NCBI GenBank assembly: GCA_963718515.1
Contig: OY970354.1
Coordinates: forward strand, 46,363 to 110,362
Length of the DNA: 64,000 nucleotides
Direction: 5' to 3'
Source of the DNA: an uncultured bacterium
Lineage (GTDB): Bacteria > Patescibacteriota > Minisyncoccia > UBA6257 > 2-01-FULL-56-20
Under the pieces are notes generated by a model. That model was not told where the DNA came from. It saw only the letters and a list, made by a program, of their open reading frames with translations, and did no database searches. Made by a program: the position numbers and the translations under genes. Positions 1 to 9,798 of the stretch are shown in pieces (the stretch's first letter is position 1; every line of letters starts with the position of its first letter).

Positions 1-482
1 ATGTTGTGAATGGCAGCCTCGCTATTGATCGCGGTTTTTGCCGCGAGCAAAGCGAATGCCGCTATCCGCCATCGTCCCCCACGTGGATAGAAATGTTCGC
101 TGAGATGATCCACTCCTGCGTTCATGAATACGTTCCCCGCGATGATCGCGGACGTATTCCTGTCGCCGAAGCATTTCGCCCAGCCGGTTTCCACCGCATA
201 GTAATGTGCCAGCAGTTTGCCGTCCACACTATACGCGGCCGTAGGGTGACCCAGCCCATTGGCTGTGGTTGTCATGTCAAACGCGGTTGCCCCCGCGAGC
301 GAAAGCTCTAAGCCCCGAAATGCCCAACTCGGTTTTTGCACCGGTTGTCTCTCGGGAGCCTTCGGCAGATCGCCATCGGGAATGTCGAGCGTTTGAGCAA
401 AGGCGAGTGAAGATGATAAAGCCGTCACGCCCATCACCATCACCCACAACAGACCGAACATACAGGCCTTCGCGTGGTTCAT
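1..482 (-). CDS. partial CDS (N-terminal part; runs off the left edge): secreted hypothetical protein
   Basis: ATG at 482-480. The frame stays open for about 160 codons to position 1. The N-terminus MNHAKACMFGLLWVMVMGVTALSSSLAFAQ looks like a signal peptide. It is absent from the ORF track because no stop lies in the window. Confidence 0.4.
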   Translation of the reverse strand, partial: MNHAKACMFGLLWVMVMGVTALSSSLAFAQTLDIPDGDLPKAPERQPVQKPSWAFRGLELSLAGATAFDMTTTANGLGHPTAAYSVDGKLLAHYYAVETGWAKCFGDRNTSAIIAGNVFMNAGVDHLSEHFYPRGGRWRIAAFALLAAKTAINSEAAIHN

Positions 483-577
483 TTTTGGAGTTTCCCGCTT
501 TCTGCACCCCAATATACTAACCTCAAGGTGCTGGAAGCAATTTTAACATAAACTTTATGATTTGACAAGTCCCAAAG

Positions 578-606
578 AAAACGCCGCGATTTTGGCGCGG
601 CGTTTA
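578..606 (-). terminator. intrinsic terminator downstream of the 632..3463 gene
   Basis: Stem ACGCCGCG/CGCGGCGT (581-588 / 596-603) with a 7-nt loop. In minus sense it is followed by TTTTCTTT. Confidence 0.6.
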
Positions 607-631
607 TCTCTTTATATGGTTCTCGTCTTCC

Positions 632-3463
632 CTACTGCGGCTGAGGGCAACCGGCGCCGTTCGGATTCTGTTCACAGCGTCCCAATCCACCAACACTCAC
701 TTGAACAGTAGACTGTGTTGTCGCGCCGGCAAACCCACCGTTCGTGCAGTCCAATGTGTAGACCGTGGTCGCCTCAGGATCGACGGTGCTTGATCCGGTT
801 ATCGTATTAGAACTCCCCGGGGGGAATAAGGTAATCGTTGCAAAGTTGGGATCGGTTGCGGAAAGCGTGCAGGAGGTCACCGGAGTGCAGGAGTATGTGA
901 GTTGTGACGTTTCTGGAACCACGACATTTGTAGGATTCGCGGTGAGTTCCGGAGAGCAAACGGGCTGGCAACTGGCGTCGCTTGGCGCACACACCGGCAA
1001 ACCAGTCACACTGATGGTTGCATCGGCTGAGGTGCCATCCGGCAGAGTGCCAGTGACCATAGCTGTCCCCGTCGCCGTCGGCGAGTATATACCGGAGGAG
1101 GAATCTATGCTCCCCGGGCCGGCGAGCAACGCCCACGTTACGCTGGACTGTGTGGTGCCGCCAAGAGAAAGCGTGCAGTCGCTCGTCTGACTAAGGTCGA
1201 TAGAGCCCGGAGCGCAGGTTGCGGTGAGGCTCGAAACAACGGCACCGCATGCGTTTGAGCAGGATGTGCCCGCGCCGGTTGAACTTGCTACACAAGATCC
1301 AGCGCCGCACGCATACCCTCCTGGTATTGACGTAACCACTACGCTTGCATCGGCTGAGGTGCCATCCGGCAGAGTGCCGCTGATCATGGCTGTTCCCGTC
1401 GTCGTCGGCGAGTATATACCGGAAGAAGGATCTATGCTCCCCGGGCCGGCGATTACCGCCCATGTTACGTTGGACTGTGTGGTGCCGCCAAGAGAAAGCG
1501 TGCAGTCGCTCGTCTGGGTAAGATCAATGGTACTCGGAGAACAACTTGCACTGAGGCTCGAAGCGGGAACGCCGCATGCGTTGGAGCAGGATGTGCCTGT
1601 GCCGAGCGCGCTTGCCATACAAGAGCCAGCAGAGCACGCGAAACCATCCGGACCAGGCGTGACAATGATTGTCGCTTGTGCCGAACTGCCGCTAGACAAA
1701 GTGCCCTTTACGTTTTCCGGGCCCGTCGAGGACGATGGAGTATACACGCCCGATGCATTGATGCTACCTGTGCTTGCCGGGCCGGCCATCGCCCATGTGA
1801 CTCCTCCCAATTGCTTAACACCATTAACAAAGAGCGTGCACTGACTGGTTTGGCTAGTATCAATAGAACTCGGCGAACAGCTTGCGGTAAGCACCGGGGG
1901 CGGCACCACTGCCGTTACTTTCAGAGTGACGCTCACCGTTTGAGTCGGTAATTTTGACACTCCATTATAGCCAGTAAATATAACTTGCCCCGTATATGAT
2001 CCTGTCGGAAGAGTCTTCACCACCGCTGAGTTGAAAGATATCGTCGCATTTTCAGGTGCGCTTCCTGACGATCCATTAGTGATACCGGGGGCAGGATCTC
2101 CTGCGGGCGCCACCAACCAGTTGCCACCGCTTGTGGTTTTGGCGCTAGCCGTCCACGTCAATGTAGAATATGGGGCGCCGATATTGGTCACCTTAGCAGT
2201 ATCGGTATTTGCGCCGGTCCACGTGGTCGTGAATGATCCTGGGGTGACCTGCATGACAGCGTCTGGTGTCCAAAGTATCGTAAAGCCGGTGGGGGTCGAC
2301 GACGAAATTTGTTGCGACGTTCCCTGAGAGATCGTGACCGCCTGTGCAACCGTGCTGAATACACTATCCACCGCCAGTCTTAATGACACTAAGAAACTGC
2401 CTCCGTTATTAACAGCAATCGGCGTCGCTTCTATCGATTGAAAGCTGTAATCGTATACGCCCGTGGAAAGCGATTTCAAAGGTATTTGATATAAATTTGG
2501 TTTTCCATTCGAACTATTCAACACGGGAAGTCCGGGATACGTCCGCTTTGTCCCCGTGCATGGAACGTTCAGATATTCACAAACATCCGTGCCAGCCACA
2601 TTGCCATTTAGCGCCCATGTGGCATTGACGAGAGTTGAGGTATTATCGGCGTTCTCCGAAGTGACTACAATTGTGCCGACGGCAACGGGTGCGCTGACGG
2701 GTGCATTCACCGTAACATTAGCAGAATCACTTGCACTGCCGCCCGGGCCAGTGCAAGTGATATCGAATGCTGCGGTGCCGGTGGCATTTGGAGTTTCTGA
2801 TTTTGTTCCACTGGTTGGCACCGCGTTCTTCCATGTTGTCCCATCATTTGTGCCCGAAGCGACGCAGGCAGTGGCATTCGTCGTTACTATAGTAAGAAGT
2901 GTTGAACTTCCGAGGGTGATCGTGGAAGGTGATGCGGTGAGGGAAACGGTGGGAGCGGGCGTCGCAACCCCATAGGTGCTTGTTGCGATCAGATCATCGC
3001 CGAGATTATCCACATAGGTGACGGTAACAACATGTCGAGACGTCAAATTGTCCTTAAAGCTAAAGGAATATGTTCCCTCCTCCGGATTGCCTAGATTAGG
3101 ATTGCCCTGGCCGCCGAATCCTGCGCAGTTTTGTGTGGTGGCAGATTTTGTAACAGTATAATCCACTGTATCCCCTTTCCCCGTGTCGGTCGAATAATTA
3201 AATGCACTTGTGGCTCCGCCTTCCGGTAAGGGCACGTCGATCGCGTGACCGCCGGCGCAAACGGTCAGTATCGTTGTAGCTCCTGCCTGATAGTTCCCCG
3301 ATACCGTGACGGTGCTACCGGAAACCGACACGCCCATACTGAGCGATGCACCATATTGATTGTTGTCCGCCTTTACCGTCGGAGCACTCATAAAATATGA
3401 TCCCAAGACGGCTACGATCGCGACAAGGCTTATAAAAAGAAACCTCTTTTTTATATTATGCAT
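632..3463 (-). CDS. large secreted repeat protein (Ig-like modules separated by Cys-rich linkers)
   Basis: ORF 632..3652 trimmed to the ATG at 3463, which gives MHNIKKRFLFISLVAIVAVLGSYFMSAPTVKA, a signal-peptide-like start. It has three ~109-aa repeats of the type SCSPSxIDxxQTSxCTL...GAGTSCSNACG, and the C-terminus is Cys-rich. Confidence 0.75.
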   Translation of the reverse strand: MHNIKKRFLFISLVAIVAVLGSYFMSAPTVKADNNQYGASLSMGVSVSGSTVTVSGNYQAGATTILTVCAGGHAIDVPLPEGGATSAFNYSTDTGKGDTVDYTVTKSATTQNCAGFGGQGNPNLGNPEEGTYSFSFKDNLTSRHVVTVTYVDNLGDDLIATSTYGVATPAPTVSLTASPSTITLGSSTLLTIVTTNATACVASGTNDGTTWKNAVPTSGTKSETPNATGTAAFDITCTGPGGSASDSANVTVNAPVSAPVAVGTIVVTSENADNTSTLVNATWALNGNVAGTDVCEYLNVPCTGTKRTYPGLPVLNSSNGKPNLYQIPLKSLSTGVYDYSFQSIEATPIAVNNGGSFLVSLRLAVDSVFSTVAQAVTISQGTSQQISSSTPTGFTILWTPDAVMQVTPGSFTTTWTGANTDTAKVTNIGAPYSTLTWTASAKTTSGGNWLVAPAGDPAPGITNGSSGSAPENATISFNSAVVKTLPTGSYTGQVIFTGYNGVSKLPTQTVSVTLKVTAVVPPPVLTASCSPSSIDTSQTSQCTLFVNGVKQLGGVTWAMAGPASTGSINASGVYTPSSSTGPENVKGTLSSGSSAQATIIVTPGPDGFACSAGSCMASALGTGTSCSNACGVPASSLSASCSPSTIDLTQTSDCTLSLGGTTQSNVTWAVIAGPGSIDPSSGIYSPTTTGTAMISGTLPDGTSADASVVVTSIPGGYACGAGSCVASSTGAGTSCSNACGAVVSSLTATCAPGSIDLSQTSDCTLSLGGTTQSSVTWALLAGPGSIDSSSGIYSPTATGTAMVTGTLPDGTSADATISVTGLPVCAPSDASCQPVCSPELTANPTNVVVPETSQLTYSCTPVTSCTLSATDPNFATITLFPPGSSNTITGSSTVDPEATTVYTLDCTNGGFAGATTQSTVQVSVGGLGRCEQNPNGAGCPQPQ
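1019..1672. repeat. intragenic tandem repeat, period 327 bp (two well conserved copies; a third diverged copy follows)
   Basis: catcggctgaggtgccatccggcagagtgcc occurs at 1021 and 1348. ggactgtgtggtgccgccaagagaaagcgtgcagtcgctcgtctg occurs at about 1145 and 1472. The offset is exactly 327 nt (109 codons). Confidence 0.85.
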
Positions 3464-3578
3464 ACCTTCATAGTACCAGATATGTCCAAGAATAGGGGTG
3501 TGGATAATTTTAGATAGAAAACGGCCCCGGGTTTCATGTGGATACCCAGGGCCGAGATTGTGTGCTGAATCGTTAAGG

Positions 3579-5702
3579 TTAGAGACTTGGGATGACCTGT
3601 ATGGTCGACCCCTGTGCGCAGGCGGCACCCGTAGAGGTGGCAATGAAGCCACCCGCCAAAAGTCCCTTCTGGCACGCCCCGACGCCGGGAGTATATTTTC
3701 CCGACACCGGATCGATCGCGCCGATATGGGTCACTGCCTCCCCGACGTTTGCGAGGATGTAGCTGACCATCAGCGTGGATTTCAGCGAACCGTCCCGGAC
3801 CGCGATCCCGATAGGGATCTCCGGCACCGCAATACTGTTCGTGATCGCCATATTTTTTCCATTCGACGTATCCGTGCTTATGGTAAGTACGAGTCCGTCC
3901 GATGTGGAGAGTACGGCGGCGGTTCCCGCGGCAGGTCCTTGGTTGAAGACCTGTATTTGGTATGAACCGGCGTTCAGGTTCGCAGTGCGGACGGTGCTCA
4001 CCGGAGTGAAACCGGTAAGTTCCACCGAACCGGCGTTGACTACCGTGTTCCCCGAGATGACGAACTTCGTCAATGTCGGCAGTCCGTTGGGAGACGACTT
4101 GTCCCGAGAGAGAACAAGGGCATCAAGTTCGGTACCGAGCTCCATCATCGCAACTGCCCATGGCTGACCAGGAAGGGAGACCGTCTGGTATCCACTGCAA
4201 TTGCCTTGATAGTCGCTGACCTCGCTCGCAAAGCCCACCAGGTTTGAGTAGGGCATCGTGAAGACGAGGCTCCCGCCCATCGCAGCGCCACTTGATATGT
4301 AGCTGACGTTGGGATTGAGGCCGCACTCGATGAGTCCGGTCTCGTCATTCACTGCAACCGAGGGAGGAACAGCGTCGCTGGAACTATATACCACCCCCGT
4401 GATGATACGGATGATATTTCCAACATCGTCTGCGGCCATGACTATTGGGCTTATGGCGGTTTTGCCCTGAAGCACGGTTGTCGTACCGTCAGTTGCCAGC
4501 ATATAGATACTGCCGGTGATCTCATCGTTTTCGAAAAGCGTTCCCGTCGTCGGTGAGGCAAATAGTGTACTCTGGCTCCCGCTTCCGAGGAAGGCGGTCG
4601 CCCACTGATTGCCATAGGAACCGTCTGGATGTTGGATTTCCCAGATCGGGCTAAATCCTGGCTCAAAGAATCCCTGTTGCCAACGTACGCCGACAACGAA
4701 ACTCGTCTGCCCGGATGACAATGAAAGCGGCAGGCTTCCAAAGCGCCCGGATGCGTCGTTCAGGATGTCTCCGTTCTCACTTCCAGCGGTAGCGAAAGAA
4801 TAGTTCGTGAAAATAAGATTGAACCAATCCATTGCTACGTATCGGGGAGTGAGCCCGGTGATCGTCGGTTGTGCTGGCGCCGCCGGCTTGACGGTGATCT
4901 TCACGCTGGCGGTTGCCGACGTGAAATCAACGGCATCGTTCGGGGTGAAGGCGGCAAGCAGAGTTTGTGACCCTGCCTTCGTCATCACGGTTCCCGCAGG
5001 CGGCGTATAGGCAAATGCTCCAGAAACGGATGACGTAGCATCAAGCTGAGCAGAACTCAGTTTGGTGCCGACGGTTACCGGGGCTGGTGTTGTCCAATTG
5101 ATCGGCGGCACTGCCTGATCCACGTTGATCGTCACTTTTTTGGTAACGGTCGCGTAGTCGACGGCGTCGGTCGGCGTGAAGGTTGCTGAAAGCGTTTGCG
5201 CTTTTCCCGCCGTGAGCACCGTGCCTAACGCGGGAGAGTAAGCGAACGTTCCGGCTACCGGTGATGTGGCGTTCAGCTGAGCGGAGCCGAGCGGCGTCCC
5301 GTAAACGATGTTTGCGGGATCGGACCAAGCGATGATCGATACCGCCTGGTCGACGTTGATCAAAACGGATGCCGAAGCATCGTTGTAATCAGTGGTGTCG
5401 CTTGGTGCGAAACTCACCGAGAGCGTTTGTCCTTTCCCGGCGTTGAGCACCGTGCCCGACGCGGGAGAGTAAGTGAACGTTCCGACTACGGACGCCGTGG
5501 CGTCCAACTGTTTTGAGCCTAGTGCCGTCCCATAGACGATGCCATTGGGATTGGCCCAGCTGATGGTCGGATTGGTCTTCGTAACAAACTTTCCACCCGT
5601 ATTTCCACCGCCACATCCTGTTGCGATGAATGCGATAACGCTCAGGCAAACAGGCCCGAGCGCACGGTACACTACAGACGCTGCAAAAGCCTTGCTGCGC
5701 AT
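3579..5702 (-). CDS. lipoprotein with three tandem YG-type Ig-like repeats and a large beta-rich C-terminal domain
   Basis: 707-aa ORF. The N-terminus ends in the lipobox-like IATGC. The repeat (I/P)xWxxPAxIVYGTxLxxxQLxAT..GTFxYSPAxGTVL is present three times. An AGGAGA Shine-Dalgarno lies 6 nt upstream of the ATG. Confidence 0.75.
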   Translation of the reverse strand: MRSKAFAASVVYRALGPVCLSVIAFIATGCGGGNTGGKFVTKTNPTISWANPNGIVYGTALGSKQLDATASVVGTFTYSPASGTVLNAGKGQTLSVSFAPSDTTDYNDASASVLINVDQAVSIIAWSDPANIVYGTPLGSAQLNATSPVAGTFAYSPALGTVLTAGKAQTLSATFTPTDAVDYATVTKKVTINVDQAVPPINWTTPAPVTVGTKLSSAQLDATSSVSGAFAYTPPAGTVMTKAGSQTLLAAFTPNDAVDFTSATASVKITVKPAAPAQPTITGLTPRYVAMDWFNLIFTNYSFATAGSENGDILNDASGRFGSLPLSLSSGQTSFVVGVRWQQGFFEPGFSPIWEIQHPDGSYGNQWATAFLGSGSQSTLFASPTTGTLFENDEITGSIYMLATDGTTTVLQGKTAISPIVMAADDVGNIIRIITGVVYSSSDAVPPSVAVNDETGLIECGLNPNVSYISSGAAMGGSLVFTMPYSNLVGFASEVSDYQGNCSGYQTVSLPGQPWAVAMMELGTELDALVLSRDKSSPNGLPTLTKFVISGNTVVNAGSVELTGFTPVSTVRTANLNAGSYQIQVFNQGPAAGTAAVLSTSDGLVLTISTDTSNGKNMAITNSIAVPEIPIGIAVRDGSLKSTLMVSYILANVGEAVTHIGAIDPVSGKYTPGVGACQKGLLAGGFIATSTGAACAQGSTIQVIPSL

Positions 5703-5761
5703 GGCGTTTCTCCTTAACGTAAAATTAACAAGCGGCGATAAGCGTAAAGCCTAGCGTCCTA

Positions 5762-5785
5762 GCCATATTATGCGCATAATATGGC
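5762..5785. promoter_or_regulatory. perfect 24-nt palindrome GCCATATTATGCGCATAATATGGC upstream of the lipoprotein gene
   Basis: The sequence is self-complementary as read directly. It lies 60 nt upstream of the 5702 start and 32 nt downstream of the 5817 stop. No U-run follows on the minus strand, so an operator is favoured over a terminator. Confidence 0.4.
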
Positions 5786-5816
5786 CAAAATGTCAAATGG
5801 GAGCTGTGATAAAGCC

Positions 5817-6278
5817 CTAGCCTCCTACGTAGCTGATCGTTACGTCTGATCCTGTGCCCTGGGCGACGATGCTCACATTCACGTTTGCGGAAGCATTTGA
5901 AGCATATATCGCGCCCATCGTACTGGCCGCCGTCAGATTGCTACTATTCGATATCGTCCATCCATTTCCGCTCAAATAGGCTGTGTAATCACCGTAAAGA
6001 GTGGCGAGGGAACTGGACGACGCCCATTGCGCGGTGTACTCATTGTCGCCCGGATTATAGTTGATAGCATAACTGCTCTCCACCTGAGCTTGAGGATCGA
6101 GAATGAGATCTTTAGGAAAATTGGGCGTCAGCTGTCCCTGCGACGCATAGACCGGCGCGGGGCTGGTTGCGGCGGGCTGGCTATTTGGAGTAGCAGGCCT
6201 CCAGAAAAAAATGACGGCGAGGATAACGACCACTACTATTATGCCCACCCATACCCACACGCGCTTTGAATTAACCAT
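5817..6278 (-). CDS. small N-terminally anchored membrane protein
   Basis: 153-aa ORF. One hydrophobic helix (VWVWVGIIVVVVILAVIFFW) is followed by a Ser/Asn/Tyr-rich domain. It is the last gene of the pilus-gene string. Confidence 0.6.
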   Translation of the reverse strand: MVNSKRVWVWVGIIVVVVILAVIFFWRPATPNSQPAATSPAPVYASQGQLTPNFPKDLILDPQAQVESSYAINYNPGDNEYTAQWASSSSLATLYGDYTAYLSGNGWTISNSSNLTAASTMGAIYASNASANVNVSIVAQGTGSDVTISYVGG

Positions 6279-6325
6279 ACCCTTATAGTAACAGATATAG
6301 ATTATAGTGGGGTGTGGATATCCCC

Positions 6326-7021
6326 TTAGCAGCTCCCCAACCCGCCGCCGGGCTCACAGTCGATCGTGCGGGCGCTCACCGTGGTCTCGAGGTTGAACGT
6401 GGTGCTTGCCACCGCGGAATCGGTGGAGCTTGGCGTAATACCCATCGTGATCGTGATGCGCGGCGTCCATTGGTCGCCTTCTACTTGCCCATATAAAAAG
6501 AAGTGGAGATATTCTAATGACACGGTGTTGCCGGTGAGCGATTGGAATGGCCCGTTCTCACAGACGCCCTCGCCGGCGGGATCCACGCTATCACATTCCG
6601 CCAAACTTCCGGCTCCCGGCCCGGCTATGGGCAGAGTATATTCCACATGATTGCCCTCGGCGTCATAGAATATGAGGCTACTGCACTCCCACCAACTCGG
6701 ATTTTCGGAGAATAGCGCGCAACCGCATCCAGGAAGAGCTCCGGGTGATGGGTTGGTCCCTCCCCCATCGGTCACATCGGTATTCCCCGGCGTATTACAA
6801 AAAAGATATCCCGTGCGGATATCGCGCGCCATCTGTTCGAGCGATAAACTCACATTGCTCTCCGCGGAAATGAGCGATGATACCTGTCGTTGGGTCCGAA
6901 GCGCGTTCGTGAATGTTCCGACGGCGATCGCGATAATGATCGTAAAAAGCGCAACGGTGATGAGCAGTTCGACGAGCGTGAACCCTTTTCTATAATTTTT
7001 TTGATTATGGGTGCCAGTCAT
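6326..7021 (-). CDS. minor pilin / pseudopilin (prepilin-type N-terminal cleavage-methylation domain)
   Basis: ORF 6326..7174 trimmed to the ATG at 7021. The N-terminus is MTGTHNQKNYRKGFTLVELLITVALFTIIIAIAVGTF, which carries the G/FTLxE motif. Confidence 0.75.
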   Translation of the reverse strand: MTGTHNQKNYRKGFTLVELLITVALFTIIIAIAVGTFTNALRTQRQVSSLISAESNVSLSLEQMARDIRTGYLFCNTPGNTDVTDGGGTNPSPGALPGCGCALFSENPSWWECSSLIFYDAEGNHVEYTLPIAGPGAGSLAECDSVDPAGEGVCENGPFQSLTGNTVSLEYLHFFLYGQVEGDQWTPRITITMGITPSSTDSAVASTTFNLETTVSARTIDCEPGGGLGSC

Positions 7022-7589
7022 AGAATTGGTCCTCAAGGGTAATGGTGTTCGAGAGCTCTCCGTTATTCCACGTGACGGCGGATTGCACGTCGATCTCTTC
7101 GGGGGTTCCGCCGACATCTCCGTCGGTGATCTCGATCGTGCGGGTGAAGTCGGTTGGAGTACCATCCGCCGCATTCGTGGTATAGAGATCGGCGATCGGA
7201 TCGAAATAGAGCGGGGTGGCTCCGTCGGTTTGATTCGTGCTGAAATTTAGACCCGAACAATCATCTGTCGTCCCCTGAGCAGCAGTGATCGTCTCATAAT
7301 CGATAGGGTAATAGTATCCCGAACTGGGAAAGCAGTTTCCCCAATCATTCGTACTTGAGCTTTGCGCTAATCCAAAATATACGTCGTGGTCGATCAGGCT
7401 CTTTACGATCTCGATGCCTTCCGATGCAAGATATGTCGCCTCGGTGTCATCCGCAGTGGTTCTGTTCAACTGAAATGATTGGGTAAGCAGGGTGGTGATG
7501 CCGACGAATCCCACGGTCAGGATGCTCAGCGCGACGAGCGCCTCAACCAACGTTTGCCCGCGCCGCGAATGGAAGGATTTGAATTTCAT
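7005..7589 (-). CDS. minor pilin / pseudopilin
   Basis: N-terminus MKFKSFHSRRGQTLVEALVALSILTVGFVGITTLL has a prepilin-like hydrophobic helix with Glu at +5. Confidence 0.65.
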   Translation of the reverse strand: MKFKSFHSRRGQTLVEALVALSILTVGFVGITTLLTQSFQLNRTTADDTEATYLASEGIEIVKSLIDHDVYFGLAQSSSTNDWGNCFPSSGYYYPIDYETITAAQGTTDDCSGLNFSTNQTDGATPLYFDPIADLYTTNAADGTPTDFTRTIEITDGDVGGTPEEIDVQSAVTWNNGELSNTITLEDQFYDWHP

Positions 7590-7591
7590 TG

Positions 7592-8194
7592 TTATAGGTC
7601 TACTTGCCCCGTCGGACTCACGCTGATCGTCCGCGAGAGACTTCCGTCGGAGGTCTGTAGATAAATATTGGACTCCGGCGATATCGTGGGATCGGTATAA
7701 GAACTCAGCAACGTCTGTCCATCAGTACTAATAAGAGTGAAAGGATCCGGAGGATAGAACATAACGTACTGAACGGTGTCGCTCGCGGGCGTTGATGTGG
7801 GATTGATAAGCTCCACGCCCGGCGTGATCTGAACAGCCCAGGTTCCTGCGGCATATTCCTGGATGGCATCGGTGTCGATCGTATTTGGGGCGGTCGTACT
7901 CGCGAGCGATGGGCAGAAGCTACCGGGCATCTTTGCATTATAAGCGAACAACGAATATTGCTGATCCGGGTAATTAAAGCTCACGCCGTATGCGCAGGTA
8001 CTGCCATTCTGGCTATACGTCGCAATGGAAAGTTCCTTTGCCTGCAAAATCAGCTCGCCTATCTTTGATTCCTCGATGGAAAGCCCTATCTGCTCTTGCC
8101 CCACATGGCCATAGATGATGGCGATGCTCGAAAGCATGGCCGTGATGGCAAGGACGATAAGCACTTCTATCAAGGTGAATCCGCTTTTCTTCAT
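7592..8194 (-). CDS. minor pilin / pseudopilin
   Basis: N-terminus MKKSGFTLIEVLIVLAITAMLSSIAIIYG matches the canonical prepilin motif. Confidence 0.75.
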   Translation of the reverse strand: MKKSGFTLIEVLIVLAITAMLSSIAIIYGHVGQEQIGLSIEESKIGELILQAKELSIATYSQNGSTCAYGVSFNYPDQQYSLFAYNAKMPGSFCPSLASTTAPNTIDTDAIQEYAAGTWAVQITPGVELINPTSTPASDTVQYVMFYPPDPFTLISTDGQTLLSSYTDPTISPESNIYLQTSDGSLSRTISVSPTGQVDL

Positions 8195-8217
8195 ATGTAT
8201 GCCTTTATTCTATCACT

Positions 8218-9099
8218 TTACCGGATGCCGAGCGCGGAGAAATACCAATTCACTATCGGGAATCCCCAAAAGAAAACGACCACGGCGCCGATCGCAAGGA
8301 ACGGGCCAAATGGCACGGTACCCTTCATGGTATTTTTCCCGCGCATGATACTTATAAGGCCCACGAGCGCGCCCGCGACGAACCCATACATCATCACAAA
8401 GATAATGTCCGGCCAGCCGAAGAGTAGGCCGAGCGGGATCGCAAGCTTGAGGTCGCCCATTCCCATGCCCTTGCCGCGCGTGACGGCGATGAGCAGTGCA
8501 AAGAATACGCCGCCGAATACTGTGGCAATTATTTTATTCACCCACATACTCCCCTGCGCACCGAAGATCGCGGCGTACGGCCCGAGGAAAGAATGGTTTG
8601 CGGCACCGAAATATAGTGCGGAAACGATGGCGAGCGCAACGCCGATCACCACAAGAAAAATATTTATCTCGTCCGGAATGATGCCGAGGCGGATGTCGAT
8701 GAGCGTCATGACGAGTAACGCCTCAAAGGCGAGGACCCAGAGCGCGGCGATCACAACAAGTGAGGCGCTGATTGCGATAGTAGCTCCGCCAACCATGGCA
8801 CAAACTTCCCATGGCACAAAGATAAAGATGAGCGCCGAGAGCAGTTCGACGATCGGGTATTGGATGCTGAGCGGCGCTTTGCACCGGCGGCACCGGCCGG
8901 CTTGGATAAGATAGCTAAAAAGCGGCAGCAATTCGAACCATTGTAATGTTTCTCCGCAATGCGCACAGTGCGACCGTCCGCCGATCGCCTTTGTGCTCAA
9001 TAGGAAACGCTCGCCATCGTAACGCATGGCGACCACGTTCAAAAAACTCCCGATCGCGAGGCCAAAGACGAAGAGAATGAAGATCGTGAAGGGTTCCAC
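8218..9099 (-). CDS. pilD: prepilin peptidase (A24 family)
   Basis: It has an N-terminal Cys-pair zinc motif (CAHCG...CRRCK), multiple TM helices, and a GMGDLKL aspartyl motif. Confidence 0.85.
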   Translation of the reverse strand: MEPFTIFILFVFGLAIGSFLNVVAMRYDGERFLLSTKAIGGRSHCAHCGETLQWFELLPLFSYLIQAGRCRRCKAPLSIQYPIVELLSALIFIFVPWEVCAMVGGATIAISASLVVIAALWVLAFEALLVMTLIDIRLGIIPDEINIFLVVIGVALAIVSALYFGAANHSFLGPYAAIFGAQGSMWVNKIIATVFGGVFFALLIAVTRGKGMGMGDLKLAIPLGLLFGWPDIIFVMMYGFVAGALVGLISIMRGKNTMKGTVPFGPFLAIGAVVVFFWGFPIVNWYFSALGIR

Positions 9100-9121
9100 T
9101 AATCTATGATAACAGAAAAAT

Positions 9122-9149
9122 CAAAAAACCCGCCGAAGCGGGAATTTTG
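9122..9149 (-). terminator. intrinsic terminator after the major pilin gene
   Basis: Minus sense reads CCCGC-ttcg-GCGGG followed by TTTTTT. Confidence 0.7.
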
Positions 9150-9174
9150 ATCAAGAGGGTAAGCTCTTTGAAGA

Positions 9175-9678
9175 CTACAAGGCTAGACAGTAATCCTTGG
9201 TCGCCTGGGTGCACGTACCAACATCGCTATCCGCAGCAACTAAGTTAGCCAGATTGCCAGGAGGAGCATAGCTAGCAGTCCATTCACTGCCTGTGCCATT
9301 CTCTAAAACAGCAGCTATAACATATGTAGTTCCTGCTGCGTCCGTACCATACTGATAGGTCGCTCCCGATGTCGGATCGTTAGGAACAGAGTTGATGCCG
9401 ATAGCATCGCTAGTGAGAGCAGTCTCGAGCGTAGCCCATTTTCCAGCACCGATCACAGGATATGAACCGCCCTTATTGTAGTAGAGCTCCAAACCATTCT
9501 GCACCTCATGAAGGTCGGAGAGACGCCGCGCGTCGCGGCCGAGCGACTGGGTCGGGCCGAGGCCCACCAAGACGACCGACGCCAAAATGGCGATGATCGC
9601 GACGACGATCAAGATTTCGATAAGGGTGAAACCCCTTCTTGCCGCTCTTGCGAGCTCAAGCCTTTCTTTTATTATCAT
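9175..9678 (-). CDS. type IV major pilin
   Basis: ORF 9175..9735 trimmed to the ATG at 9678. The N-terminus is MIIKERLELARAARRGFTLIEILIVVAIIAILASVVLVGL. It is a standalone gene with its own terminator. Confidence 0.8.
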   Translation of the reverse strand: MIIKERLELARAARRGFTLIEILIVVAIIAILASVVLVGLGPTQSLGRDARRLSDLHEVQNGLELYYNKGGSYPVIGAGKWATLETALTSDAIGINSVPNDPTSGATYQYGTDAAGTTYVIAAVLENGTGSEWTASYAPPGNLANLVAADSDVGTCTQATKDYCLAL

Positions 9679-9798
9679 TTTTTTCAATAGAAATCTTTCT
9701 CGACCTTTCAAATTAATACTTTTCAAGTATAACACTTATAAATTCCGTCGGCAGACGGCGGCCTGTGGAAAACTTCGCGACCATAGATAACGCCTGTT

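Noticed and set aside
765-2975. Plus-strand ORFs 765..1190, 1224..1844, 2031..2327 and 2556..2975
   Set aside because: They are antisense shadows inside the 632..3463 gene. They are low-complexity translations of its repeats with no start context. The minus-strand ORF is far longer and has a signal peptide and a domain repeat structure.
1-6300. Assembly chimera joining a different organism (repeat lipoproteins) to the CPR-like pilus region
   Set aside because: The leftmost genes look compositionally a little richer in GC by eye and have an Acidobacteria-like repeat style. However, gene spacing, strand and terminator style continue without a break into the pilus genes. I cannot compute composition statistics here, so no claim is made.
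8096-8914. 272-aa plus-strand ORF
   Set aside because: It is antisense to the prepilin peptidase gene.
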